Positions 1 to 10,040 of a stretch of 64,000 nt of DNA are shown one piece after another (within the stretch, counting starts at the first letter, position 1; every line of letters begins with the position of its first letter). This stretch comes from Flavobacteriales bacterium. GTDB taxonomy: Bacteria; Bacteroidota; Bacteroidia; Flavobacteriales; BACL11. The notes beneath the pieces are model-generated. The model was not told the DNA's origin, ran no database searches, and saw only the letters and a program-made list of their open reading frames with translations. Position numbers and translations under genes: made by a program. The stretch lies in assembly GCA_002705205.1 (NCBI GenBank), contig PAHP01000005.1:3757-67756 (forward strand). The letters are read 5' to 3'.

Positions 1-201
1 AGCAAAACATTAATTCTAATTAAAGCAACTCAATTAATATAGGGCTTTAAAATTGTACTTTAATTTAGTTCTGATCCTCAAAATATACTACTAATAACAA
101 GATTTAGCAATAAGATTTTACTAAAAAATCTGTTTTCTATGCCTATTGTTTGTAAGATTAGTATTTTTATGACTTAAAATAATGACTAATATTTTAACAA
201 T

Positions 202-798
202 ATGAAGAAATATATAAATTACTTTTTACAAGGACTATTATATATAGTTCCTATAGCGGTAACAGGGGCTGTTGTAGTGTGGGCTTTTAATAAGATTGAT
301 CAAATTATCCCCAGCCTATTAGACAGATTAGGTGTTGACTTACATATTCCTGGGCTAGGATTAATTATCATGATTGTTTTAATAACAATAATTGGTTTCG
401 CTGGCTCAACAATTATTAAAAGTCCTATAAATTCTTTTTTTCAGAATTTACTAAAAAAAGCACCATTATTGCAAACTATTTACTCATCTGTAAAAGATTT
501 AATGAATACTTTTGTTGGCAATAAAAAAGGATTTGATCAAGCTGTTTTTGTAAAAATATTTGACAATTCTACTATAGAAAGAATTGGGTTTATTACTAAC
601 AAAGATCTCGCTTCTTTAAATATTAATGAAAATAGAGTTTTGGTATACATCCCTCATTCATATAATTTTTCAGGCAATTTATTTGTAGTGGAAAAAAAGT
701 ATATTACACCAATTAATGCCCCTTCAAGTGAGATAATGAAATTAATTGTTTCAGGAGGTGTTGCTGAATTTAATACCCCCTCTGAAAAAACTAAATAA
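202..798 (+). CDS. DUF502 family membrane protein
   Basis: Two N-terminal TM segments; PLLQTIYSSVKDL and VYIPHSYNFSGNL..IVSGG motifs typical of DUF502. Confidence 0.85.
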   Translation: MKKYINYFLQGLLYIVPIAVTGAVVVWAFNKIDQIIPSLLDRLGVDLHIPGLGLIIMIVLITIIGFAGSTIIKSPINSFFQNLLKKAPLLQTIYSSVKDLMNTFVGNKKGFDQAVFVKIFDNSTIERIGFITNKDLASLNINENRVLVYIPHSYNFSGNLFVVEKKYITPINAPSSEIMKLIVSGGVAEFNTPSEKTK

Positions 799-799
799 A

Positions 800-3700
800 A
801 TGAGAAAATTATTTTACTTACTCATCTCGATATGTGTCATTCTAGAAGTCTCTGCTCAAAATACTGGTGACACTATTATTGTACAAACTTTCGTTCATGA
901 TGCTTGGACTGATGGAAATGGAAACACTACAATATCACTGTCTGCGCCAAGAGATACTATCGGTTATTTTCCTAATAATCCTAGTTTAACATTTGAGAAA
1001 ATAATTATGCGTTACAACATGAGGTGTAAAGATAATGTTAACACTAACCCAGGAGGGACCTCAAGAATTGGTTGTGGAGCATATGACTATAGTTGCCAAA
1101 CATATGTACATGACTCTACTCGAATAGATTCTGTGCTGAATTTTACTCCAGATCACATAATCTCAAATTTCTCAGGAAACACATATAATTATTCTAATAA
1201 TCCCGTTTACAACTATTATCATTATCTCTTTAATTATATCCAATATAATACAGTAATTGATTCTATTATTCAGGAAGATTCTATTATCCTTGGAACTGGA
1301 AATATTAACTCAGATATTGTTATAAACTGTAATGAACTAGCAGGCAAATCTCAATTTTTATATTTAGCAGATGAATTGAATGCTCTGTCATTAAATGATA
1401 CTATAATAAATGGCATATCTATATATAGTAGTGGGAATAATCCGCAAGAAGTAAATTTCTTAAAGGTAAAGCTAAAGCTTACAAGCGACTCTATTATGGA
1501 TCCTTCTAATCCACATGCTAATGGGTTTACAGAGGTTTATCATTCAAATACTATATTAAATTCTGGAATGAATAGATTGCAGTTTAATGATCCTTTTACA
1601 TGGGATTCTGTCTCAAATATCATTGTAGAATTTTCTTTTACAGATTCATTAAATACAAGTACTCCTTTAGTTTTAGGAGAAAATATTGCTGATAGTATGG
1701 GAATGTATACAAATGACGCTTCTTATATTCAAGTATATGGCAATGAACATATAGATTTAGCTAGCTCATCATTAGCATTAATTAATGATGAAATTACGAT
1801 ATCATTCTGGGCAAATGGAGACGAAAATATTTTACCTGTTAATACTTCTTTATTTGAAGCGTTAGATAATACTGGAGCTAGAACTGTAAACCTTCATTTT
1901 CCATGGAGTAATGGGAGAATCTATTGGGATTGTGGGAATAATTCTAGTTCTTATGATAGAATAGATAAAGCAGCTAGTATATCAGAGTATGCAGGAGCAT
2001 GGAGCCATTGGACTTTTACAAAAAATACAGGCACAGGAAGTATGAAGATTTATCATAATGGTGTGCTATGGCATAGTGGAACAGGAAAAACAATGCCTAT
2101 AAATATTGATAGTTTTAAATTAATGTCTAATGGAGCCGGCAATAATAATTTTTGGAATGGGAAGCTTAAAGAATTAAGAATCTTTAATAAAGAAATATCT
2201 GACACAACAATTCAAAATTGGATACATAAAAGACTAAATTCAAATCATCCAAATTACACGAACTTACTAGCCTATTACCCTTTTGATGAGGGGTCTGGGA
2301 ATGTTGCAAATGATAATTCTTCTTATGCGCTACAAGCAAATTTTAATGGAAATGTAAAGTGGCGTACTAATGGTGAAGAAATTCCAACATTCTTTGCTTC
2401 AACATCATTTAGGCCAAACGTATCATTCTATCAAGGAGTATATATAGACTCGACAATATCTGACACAATTATACACTTATTTATAGATTCATTATTTGCT
2501 ACTCCTAATGTGGTAACATTAAGAGATGTCTTTGCAAATTATGGGACAATGCTACATGATAGCATTGGAATAGTGTATATAGATACCTTAGGATGGGAGG
2601 CGCTAAGTTATACATATAGTTATGACGCAAATGGAGTAACTATAACCACTACCCCTACAAATATTGACAGTACAATTAATATTTCTGAATTAACATATTA
2701 TACACGTTATCCTATGGCTTTCCAAATCATGTCATTTGTAACTCCATACGGAATGGGATTAAATTTTGGCGCTAATGGAGAAACCTGGGATTTTGACGTA
2801 ACTGATTATTCCCCTATATTAAAAGGTAATAAACGAATTACAATGAGTGGAGGAGGGCAATGGCAAGAAGATATAGATATTAAATTTCTATTTATTGTAG
2901 GTACTCCCCCAAGAGATGTATTAGAAATGCAGCAAATATGGAGACCACAATATAAAGGATATGGGACAATTATGGATGATCGTGCATTTGAGCCAAGAGA
3001 TGTGTTAATGCATCCAAATGCAACTGCTTATAATCTAAAAACCACAATAACAGGGCATGGTCAAGAAGGCGAATTTATTCCTCAAAACCATACAATGAAT
3101 ATTGATGGCGGGTCAATTGATTATACCTGGCAAGTTTGGACTGAATGTGCTGAAAATCCAATCTTTCCACAAGGAGGAACATGGATTTATGATAGAGCTG
3201 GATGGTGCCCTGGACAAGCCTCTGATATATTCAAATCAGATATCACTTCATTAGTTAATCCAGGACAAATACACAACATCGATTATGGAATTGTTAATGC
3301 TACTGGCAGCTCCAATTATTGGGTAAGCTCACAGCTTGTTAGTTATGATGAAGCAAATTTTACATTAGATGCTGCGATAATTGATATTTTATCTCCTACT
3401 AATAAAGTAAATTATCAGAAAAAAAATCCTATTTGCTCTAAACCAGAAATTATTATTCAAAATACGGGAAGCACTGCTATAACATCATTAACTATTGAAT
3501 ATTGGATTAATAATGCTGCTTCTAAAGAATCATTTACTTGGACAGGAAGTCTTGCTTTCTTAGAAAAGACTACTATAACATTGCCAGATCCAAATTCATT
3601 ATGGGATAATATGAGTATTTCTAATAATTCATTTCATGTTGAAATAATAACTGGTAATGGGGTTACAGATCAGTATATTCATAATAATAAGATGAGTTCA

Positions 3701-4318
3701 ACTTTTGACCCTACACCTATTTACCCTAATACTTTTGTGTTATGGTTTACAACTAATAATGGCATAATACCTGGAACCCCTCAGATTTCAGAATCATCAT
3801 GGGAATTCTTTGATAATGACGGAAATTCAATATATGCAAGTGGCGATCTAATCGCAAACACACAGTATAGAGATACCTTAACATTTAATGATGGGTGTTA
3901 TAGCTTGAAAGTAACAGATACTGATGATGATGGATTAGATTTTTGGGCAAACAATGACGGTGGTGGAATGGCTCGATTCCGTGAACTTGGCGCAAGTTGG
4001 CTAAAAGTATTTGAATTAGATTTTGGAAGATTCATTCATCATGAATTTAGAGCTGAAAATATCTCATCAACCACGGACATAAGAAATAAAACTATTAATA
4101 TCTACCCAAATCCTGCGACTAATGAAATTACAGTAATTGGCAATTTAGCAACATCATCCAAGATTATTTTAACTGATAATATTGGGAAAATTGTAAGTAT
4201 CACTAATGTTGAAAATAATAGAAATACGCATAAAATTGATATTAGTAATTTATCAAAAGGCATCTATTTCATCTCGCTTGATAATCATAATATAATCAAA
4301 AAAGTAGTAAAACAATAA
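800..4318 (+). CDS. T9SS-secreted peptide-N-glycosidase F-related protein with inserted LamG domain
   Basis: ATG at 800 gives a signal peptide (MRKLFYLL..VSAQ); PNGase F-like motifs CGAYDY, FVTPYG..DVTDY, TTITGHG..GEF, RAGWCPG; LamG motifs (WSHWTFT..MKIYHNG, GKLKELRIFNK); C-terminal IYPNP..GIYFI T9SS type A domain. Confidence 0.8.
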   Translation: MRKLFYLLISICVILEVSAQNTGDTIIVQTFVHDAWTDGNGNTTISLSAPRDTIGYFPNNPSLTFEKIIMRYNMRCKDNVNTNPGGTSRIGCGAYDYSCQTYVHDSTRIDSVLNFTPDHIISNFSGNTYNYSNNPVYNYYHYLFNYIQYNTVIDSIIQEDSIILGTGNINSDIVINCNELAGKSQFLYLADELNALSLNDTIINGISIYSSGNNPQEVNFLKVKLKLTSDSIMDPSNPHANGFTEVYHSNTILNSGMNRLQFNDPFTWDSVSNIIVEFSFTDSLNTSTPLVLGENIADSMGMYTNDASYIQVYGNEHIDLASSSLALINDEITISFWANGDENILPVNTSLFEALDNTGARTVNLHFPWSNGRIYWDCGNNSSSYDRIDKAASISEYAGAWSHWTFTKNTGTGSMKIYHNGVLWHSGTGKTMPINIDSFKLMSNGAGNNNFWNGKLKELRIFNKEISDTTIQNWIHKRLNSNHPNYTNLLAYYPFDEGSGNVANDNSSYALQANFNGNVKWRTNGEEIPTFFASTSFRPNVSFYQGVYIDSTISDTIIHLFIDSLFATPNVVTLRDVFANYGTMLHDSIGIVYIDTLGWEALSYTYSYDANGVTITTTPTNIDSTINISELTYYTRYPMAFQIMSFVTPYGMGLNFGANGETWDFDVTDYSPILKGNKRITMSGGGQWQEDIDIKFLFIVGTPPRDVLEMQQIWRPQYKGYGTIMDDRAFEPRDVLMHPNATAYNLKTTITGHGQEGEFIPQNHTMNIDGGSIDYTWQVWTECAENPIFPQGGTWIYDRAGWCPGQASDIFKSDITSLVNPGQIHNIDYGIVNATGSSNYWVSSQLVSYDEANFTLDAAIIDILSPTNKVNYQKKNPICSKPEIIIQNTGSTAITSLTIEYWINNAASKESFTWTGSLAFLEKTTITLPDPNSLWDNMSISNNSFHVEIITGNGVTDQYIHNNKMSSTFDPTPIYPNTFVLWFTTNNGIIPGTPQISESSWEFFDNDGNSIYASGDLIANTQYRDTLTFNDGCYSLKVTDTDDDGLDFWANNDGGGMARFRELGASWLKVFELDFGRFIHHEFRAENISSTTDIRNKTINIYPNPATNEITVIGNLATSSKIILTDNIGKIVSITNVENNRNTHKIDISNLSKGIYFISLDNHNIIKKVVKQ

Positions 4319-6241
4319 ATGAAGTATTGCAATTCTTTAACTCAATATTCACGATTTAAAACACGAGAAGTAAAAGTGGGAATTATAGGAATTGGAGGTG
4401 ATAATCCTATTCGTATTCAATCCATGACAACGACAAATACTATGGACACCTTAGCTACTGTTGAAGAGTCAATAAGAATGATTAAGGCAGGATGTGAATT
4501 AGTCCGTATCACGGCTCCTAGCAGAAAGGAAGCTGAGAATCTGAAGAACATTAAAAAGGAACTTCGAAAAAGAGGCTATCAAACACCTATTATTGCTGAT
4601 ATACATTATACTCCAAATGCAGCAGAAATTGCTGCTACTATTATTGAAAAGGTTAGAATCAATCCTGGAAACTATGCGGATAAGAAAAAGTTTGAAGAGA
4701 TTGAATATACTGATGAAACTTATAATAAAGAACTAGATCGAATTAAAGAAAAATTCACGCCTCTTGTAAAAATTTGCAAAAAGCACGGTACTGCTATGAG
4801 AATTGGGACAAATCATGGATCTTTATCTGATAGGATCTTGAGTAGATATGGAGATACTCCAAAAGGAATGGTAGAATCTGCAATGGAATTCTTGCGTATT
4901 TGCCGTAATGAGAACTATCATAATATTATTCTTTCAATGAAAGCATCGAATACCAGAGTCATGGTACAAGCCTACAGAATGTTAGTGGCAGAAATGATAG
5001 CAGAAAATATGGATTATCCTCTTCATTTGGGAGTAACAGAGGCAGGAGAAGGAGAAGATGGAAGAATAAAATCAGCAGTGGGTATTGGCGCACTATTAGC
5101 AGACGGAATAGGAGACACCATTAGAGTTTCATTAACTGAAGCTCCAGAATTTGAAATTCCAGTTGCTCAAAAATTACTTCATAATTTTAAAGAAATTGAA
5201 GGCCATCAAAAAATAGAAAAAATTACTAAAAACCCTCTGTATTCTTTTACTTATAAGAGGAGAAAAACAAATGAAGTGCTAAATATTGGCGGCAAAAATA
5301 CCCCAATAGTAATAGCAGATTTTTGTTTGAAAAAGAAAATTACTCCAGCATCTTTTTTTGCATTAGGATATAATTATTCGGTCCCATTAGATAAATGGCA
5401 TATCTCAGAAATGGCCGCCGATTATGTTTTTGTAGGGAACCATAATATAGACTTTGAAGTTCCAGGGACTTTAGGTGTTATTTATAATTTTAAGAAGTGG
5501 AAAGAATATAAAAAAGGATATCCATTGTTAACGATAAACGACTATTTGGATGAATCTGCAATTTCAGATAAACTTAATATTGTATACAGCTGTTTGGAAG
5601 ACTTAAGTGAAGAGCTTTTTGCAAAACTAAAGACGGATAATACAGCTGTATTGATGATAGATACCTACAACCAAAATGGTGTTGCAGAACAAAGAAAACT
5701 ATTTACTGATCTAATGAATAACAATATTAAAACGCCTGTAATAATTGGAAGGGCTTATTGTGATTTTTTAGAAGAACAATTACAACTTTCTGCTAGCTCT
5801 GATTTTGGGACTTTACTTTTAGATGGATTAGGAGATGGAATATTTATTGCTGCAGAAAATTGTGGTTCAGATCAATCTATAAACTCATTGGCATTTGGGA
5901 TACTACAAGCCAGCAGAACTAGAATTTCTAAAACAGAGTATATCTCTTGTCCTTCGTGTGGAAGAACTCTTTTTGACCTGCAAGAAACCACTGCAAAAAT
6001 CCGAAAAGAAACTGATCATTTAAAAGGTGTAAAAATAGGAATAATGGGCTGTATTGTAAATGGACCAGGAGAAATGGCAGATGCTGATTATGGATATGTT
6101 GGTACTGGTAAAGGGAAAATTACCCTTTATAAAGAGCAAACAGTTGTAGAAAAAAATATACAAGAAGACAAGGCTGTTACTGCATTAATTAACCTTATAA
6201 AAAAACATGGAGATTGGGTTGAAAAAACTAATCTACCTTGA
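4319..6241 (+). CDS. ispG: (E)-4-hydroxy-3-methylbut-2-enyl-diphosphate synthase, long form with insertion domain
   Basis: [47 protein letters not shown] motifs. Confidence 0.97.
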   Translation: MKYCNSLTQYSRFKTREVKVGIIGIGGDNPIRIQSMTTTNTMDTLATVEESIRMIKAGCELVRITAPSRKEAENLKNIKKELRKRGYQTPIIADIHYTPNAAEIAATIIEKVRINPGNYADKKKFEEIEYTDETYNKELDRIKEKFTPLVKICKKHGTAMRIGTNHGSLSDRILSRYGDTPKGMVESAMEFLRICRNENYHNIILSMKASNTRVMVQAYRMLVAEMIAENMDYPLHLGVTEAGEGEDGRIKSAVGIGALLADGIGDTIRVSLTEAPEFEIPVAQKLLHNFKEIEGHQKIEKITKNPLYSFTYKRRKTNEVLNIGGKNTPIVIADFCLKKKITPASFFALGYNYSVPLDKWHISEMAADYVFVGNHNIDFEVPGTLGVIYNFKKWKEYKKGYPLLTINDYLDESAISDKLNIVYSCLEDLSEELFAKLKTDNTAVLMIDTYNQNGVAEQRKLFTDLMNNNIKTPVIIGRAYCDFLEEQLQLSASSDFGTLLLDGLGDGIFIAAENCGSDQSINSLAFGILQASRTRISKTEYISCPSCGRTLFDLQETTAKIRKETDHLKGVKIGIMGCIVNGPGEMADADYGYVGTGKGKITLYKEQTVVEKNIQEDKAVTALINLIKKHGDWVEKTNLP

Positions 6242-7388
6242 TTTTACTTGCAACCTCTTTTGCTTTTTCAACTAACTTAGAACAAGTTTCTGTCCCGTAA
6301 GCTAGAGCTACAGCCATTCTTCTATACCTCCTTGTACTTGGCTTGCCAAATATCTTAAAATCTGTATTATAAAATTTGACAGCTTCTTCTAAACCTGTGA
6401 AAGTTGGCCAATTGTTATTTTCTTTTTCAGCAAGGACCACTGCAGATGCGCCATTCCTTACAAGTGGAATATCCAAAACAGGAATTCCTAGAATAGCACG
6501 AGCGTGTAATTCAAATTCAGTAAAATCTTGGGTTCCTGCTAATGTTACCATCCCTGTGTCGTGTGGTCTTGGTGAGAGTTCAGAAAAATACACTCCATCT
6601 TTACCAATAAAAAATTCTACACCCCAAATTCCGCTACCACCCAATGCTTTAGTTACTTTTTCAGCCATTTTTTGTGCTGTTTTTAAATAAACATCTTGCA
6701 TAGCCATAGGCTGCCAGCTTTCTTGGTAATCACCTCTTTCTTGTCTATGTCCTATCGGAGGACAAAAAAGTGTATTCCCATTATTTTGAGTTAAAGTTAA
6801 TAATGTTATTTCATAATCAAAATCAATAAAGGCCTCAACGATTACTTCCATCAAATCTCCTCTTGAACCTTCTAGTGCATAATCCCATGCTTCTTGTATA
6901 TCGGACTCTTTCTTTATTACAGATTGTCCCTTTCCAGAAGAAGACATAAGTGGCTTTACTACACATGGCATACCAGTAAATTTAACTCCTTTTCTTAGTT
7001 CATCATAAGAAGTAGCATATTTGTATTTTACTGTTTTTACTCCTAAATCAATAGCTGCCAAATCACGAATTGCTTTTCGATTCATAGTAAAGTTTGCAGC
7101 CTTTGCTGATGGGATTACTGTATGCCCTTGCTTTTCATAATCGTAAAATCTTTCAGTACGAATACTCTCAACCTCAGGGACAATAAAATCAGGTCTATGT
7201 TTAGCAACAATTCTATCTAATTCTTTCCCATCCAGCATATTTATTACTTCAAACTCATGCGCAACTTGCATTGCAGGCGCATCTTTGTAATTATCCACTG
7301 CAATTACATATTGCCCTAATCTTTGCATTGCAATCACTACTTCTTTTCCTAACTCACCCGACCCTAATAATAGTATCTTATTTCTCAT
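6228..7388 (-). CDS. purT: Formate-dependent phosphoribosylglycinamide formyltransferase
   Basis: [42 protein letters not shown]; start at 7388 overlaps the upstream stop (TAATG). Confidence 0.96.
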   Translation of the reverse strand: MRNKILLLGSGELGKEVVIAMQRLGQYVIAVDNYKDAPAMQVAHEFEVINMLDGKELDRIVAKHRPDFIVPEVESIRTERFYDYEKQGHTVIPSAKAANFTMNRKAIRDLAAIDLGVKTVKYKYATSYDELRKGVKFTGMPCVVKPLMSSSGKGQSVIKKESDIQEAWDYALEGSRGDLMEVIVEAFIDFDYEITLLTLTQNNGNTLFCPPIGHRQERGDYQESWQPMAMQDVYLKTAQKMAEKVTKALGGSGIWGVEFFIGKDGVYFSELSPRPHDTGMVTLAGTQDFTEFELHARAILGIPVLDIPLVRNGASAVVLAEKENNNWPTFTGLEEAVKFYNTDFKIFGKPSTRRYRRMAVALAYGTETCSKLVEKAKEVASKIKVD

Positions 7389-8287
7389 TATCGCCAAAGG
7401 TTTTTTGGATAAACACCATCAGCAATACATTTATTAATCGCAGCTACTGCCATAGGCTTGTCTTCTTTGTAAGTTACACCAAACCAATTATCATTAGTAG
7501 GAATAACACGCACAGCCATTTGTCCACTTACTATCATATCTGTAACGATATTAGGGATATAGTACTCAGCAGTTGGATTATTAGTATTAGCCCTTATAAA
7601 ATTATGTAACCCTTTTTCTAACTTATCAAAAATAGAAGGGTGAAAGCCCCAATAGTTCATAGATACGCTGGCATTTCTATCAACTGTTCCAAGAGGTTCA
7701 TTAGCCCCAATATTATAATTTACGACCCCATCTTTTTCAGCAATTTTAGTACGCTCAATAACCTCAACTAAATTATTTTTGGCATCAACTTGGCAAACAC
7801 CTCTATTAACAGTTCCGTGCTCTGACAAAGTATTGTGTAAAGTATAACCTACCATTGACATTAACGAGGAGGAGCACTCATTGATTAAAAAATCTGCTAT
7901 CAATTTAAAAGAGCTTGCTCCATAATAATCATCAGCATTTATAACTGCAAAAGGCTCCTTTATTACATCTTTTGCTACCAATACAGCATGCGAAGTTCCC
8001 CAAGGTTTTATACGCTCAACAGTTGTAATTCCAGGAATATTTAAATTTACTGCTTGGTACACATATTCAATAGCTATTCTCTCAGAAAATTTATCAAACC
8101 GAGAACGAAATGCTTCATCAAATTCTCTTCTGATAACAAAAACTATTTTGCCAAATCCTGATTTAATTGCATCATATATAGAGTATTCAATTATTGGCTC
8201 TTCATTTGGTCCTATCCCATCTATTTGTTTTAATCCGCCATAACGGCTTCCCATTCCTGCTGCTAAAATTAATAATGTTGGTTTCAT
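7388..8287 (-). CDS. Sugar-phosphate nucleotidyltransferase family protein
   Basis: [31 protein letters not shown] motifs. Confidence 0.85.
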   Translation of the reverse strand: MKPTLLILAAGMGSRYGGLKQIDGIGPNEEPIIEYSIYDAIKSGFGKIVFVIRREFDEAFRSRFDKFSERIAIEYVYQAVNLNIPGITTVERIKPWGTSHAVLVAKDVIKEPFAVINADDYYGASSFKLIADFLINECSSSLMSMVGYTLHNTLSEHGTVNRGVCQVDAKNNLVEVIERTKIAEKDGVVNYNIGANEPLGTVDRNASVSMNYWGFHPSIFDKLEKGLHNFIRANTNNPTAEYYIPNIVTDMIVSGQMAVRVIPTNDNWFGVTYKEDKPMAVAAINKCIADGVYPKNLWR

Positions 8288-8292
8288 TTTTC

Positions 8293-8880
8293 TTATAAAT
8301 CGTTAATAAACATTTTTGCAATATACTTACCTAGTATATCAAATTCTATATTCACTACTGTTCCTATTTTAAAAGCATGAAAATTTGTGTGTTCAAAAGT
8401 GTAAGGAATTATTGCAACTGAAAAAGAAGTATCCTTAGAATTAACAACTGTTAAGCTCACCCCATTTATACATATAGACCCTTTCTCAACTGTAATATTA
8501 TCTAATTTTTCATGCTTAAAGGTAAGTCTATAAGAGCCCTCTTCTTCTTCTATATCAGTGCAAATTGCTGTTTGATCCACATGGCCCTGAACCATATGGC
8601 CATCAATCCTTGCTCCTATCTTCATACTCCTCTCTAAATTAACTTTACTCCCAACTTGCAATAAACTTAAATTACTTTTTTTTAAGGTCTCATTGATGGC
8701 TGTAACTATATATCCATCATCTTTTATATCTACTACCGTAAGACACACTCCATTATGTGCTATTGATTGATCAATTTTTAATTCATTTGTTATTGCTGAT
8801 TTTAAAGACAAATGCACATTTTTTCCTTCTTTTTTTAAAGCAACAACTTCACCTAATTGTTCTATTATTCCTGTAAACAT
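8293..8880 (-). CDS. ribE: Riboflavin synthase (alpha subunit)
   Basis: MFTGII N-terminus; two lumazine-binding repeats (SIAHNGVCLTV, SICINGVSLTV). Confidence 0.96.
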   Translation of the reverse strand: MFTGIIEQLGEVVALKKEGKNVHLSLKSAITNELKIDQSIAHNGVCLTVVDIKDDGYIVTAINETLKKSNLSLLQVGSKVNLERSMKIGARIDGHMVQGHVDQTAICTDIEEEEGSYRLTFKHEKLDNITVEKGSICINGVSLTVVNSKDTSFSVAIIPYTFEHTNFHAFKIGTVVNIEFDILGKYIAKMFINDL

Positions 8881-8881
8881 T

Positions 8882-10003
8882 TTAATAATTTATTATTTGC
8901 TCTACCATTGCTGGCATTTTTCTTTCTTGGTATAATTGATTCCTAAGTTGAGGTACGAAACCAGCTTCTTTTATACAATTTTGTATGCTATTAGCAGTGA
9001 ACCTATGTGGTGCCCCAGCAACTGAAACTACATTTTCCTCAATCATGATAGAGCCCATATCGTTAGCTCCTCCATGCAATGTAAGTTGAGCAGTATCTGC
9101 CCCAACTGTCAGCCAAGATGTTTGTATATTTTTAATATTTGGAAGCATTATTCTGCAAATAGCTACCATTCTCAAATATTCATCAGCTGTTACATTATTC
9201 TTAATGCCTTTTACTCTTTTCAGTAGCGTACCATCATCCATAAACGGCCAAGCAATAAATGCTAAAAATCCATTCTCACCATTAGGTTTATCTGATTGAA
9301 CCTGTCGTATTCTTACCAAATGATCAAAACGTTCTTCTATAGTTTCAATGTGCCCAAACATCATCGTTGCTGATGTTGTAAGTCCAATTTGATGAGCCGT
9401 CTTCATTATGTTTAACCATTCCTGTCCTGTGCATTTACCTTTAGAGATAAGTCTTCTTACTCTATCACTCAAAATTTCTGCTCCAGCACCTGGCATACTA
9501 TCCATTCCGGCTTCTTTAAGTGCAGTAAGAGCTTCAACGTGAGTATATCCTCCGATTTTACAGATATGCGCTACTTCTGGCGGTCCTAGTGCATGTAGCC
9601 TTATATTAGGAAATAATCTTTTTAATTCCATAAAGAGATTAGTATAATATTCTAATCCTAAATCAGGGTTATGTCCCCCTTGCAATAACAATTGATCGCC
9701 ACCATATTTAATAGTTTCAGCAATTTTTGTTTTATATGTTTCAATATCTGTAACATATACTTCTTCATGATTAGGGTGTCGGAAAAAGTTACAAAACTTA
9801 CAATTTGCAGTACATGCATTTGTAGTGTTAACATTTCTATCTATTTGCCAAGTAATTTTACTGCCAGGAACTTGCATTTTCTTAAGTTCATTTGCAACAA
9901 ACATAAGTTCGGCAGTTGGAATATTTTCAAATAAAAACTGGCCCTCTTCTGCAGATAAAAATTCTTTTTTTAATGCTCTAGCCAGCAATTGCTTACTATC
10001 CAT
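8882..10003 (-). CDS. mqnC: Cyclic dehypoxanthinyl futalosine synthase (radical SAM, CofH/MqnC family)
   Basis: DRNVNTTNACTANCKFCNF (CxxxCxxC), LLQGG, PGAGAEIL, ATMMFGH, GANDMGSIMIEENVVSVAG. Confidence 0.88.
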   Translation of the reverse strand: MDSKQLLARALKKEFLSAEEGQFLFENIPTAELMFVANELKKMQVPGSKITWQIDRNVNTTNACTANCKFCNFFRHPNHEEVYVTDIETYKTKIAETIKYGGDQLLLQGGHNPDLGLEYYTNLFMELKRLFPNIRLHALGPPEVAHICKIGGYTHVEALTALKEAGMDSMPGAGAEILSDRVRRLISKGKCTGQEWLNIMKTAHQIGLTTSATMMFGHIETIEERFDHLVRIRQVQSDKPNGENGFLAFIAWPFMDDGTLLKRVKGIKNNVTADEYLRMVAICRIMLPNIKNIQTSWLTVGADTAQLTLHGGANDMGSIMIEENVVSVAGAPHRFTANSIQNCIKEAGFVPQLRNQLYQERKMPAMVEQIINY

Positions 10004-10012
10004 AAATTTACT

Positions 10013-10030
10013 TAGTTTTGTTCAAAATTA
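10013..10030. promoter_or_regulatory. Overlapping face-to-face Bacteroidota -7 promoter elements for pepA (+, TAGTTTTG 10013-10020) and mqnC (-, TAATTTTG 10030-10023)
   Basis: Two TAnnTTTG matches on opposite strands in a 37-bp divergent gap. Confidence 0.6.
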
Positions 10031-10040
10031 CAAATTTTAT

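Noticed and set aside
1-201. Possible ncRNA or gene end at the window start
   Set aside because: AT-rich with no convincing ORF, hairpin or RNA motif
746-799. Upstream-extended starts in the ORF track (also 9825, 33672, 37969, 37993, 39379, 47791, 48590, 63607)
   Set aside because: The extensions overlap neighbouring genes or promoters; downstream ATGs give proper signal peptides or family N-termini
4319-6241. Unusually long IspG
   Set aside because: The insertion-domain form is already known in Bacteroidota, chlamydiae and plants
6228-7388. PurT as a dedicated sink for formate released by kynurenine formamidase
   Set aside because: Chemically plausible, but the genes are 40 kb apart with no sequence evidence of coupling
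8870-8900. FMN riboswitch upstream of riboflavin synthase
   Set aside because: Only 1 bp separates it from mqnC, so there is no leader
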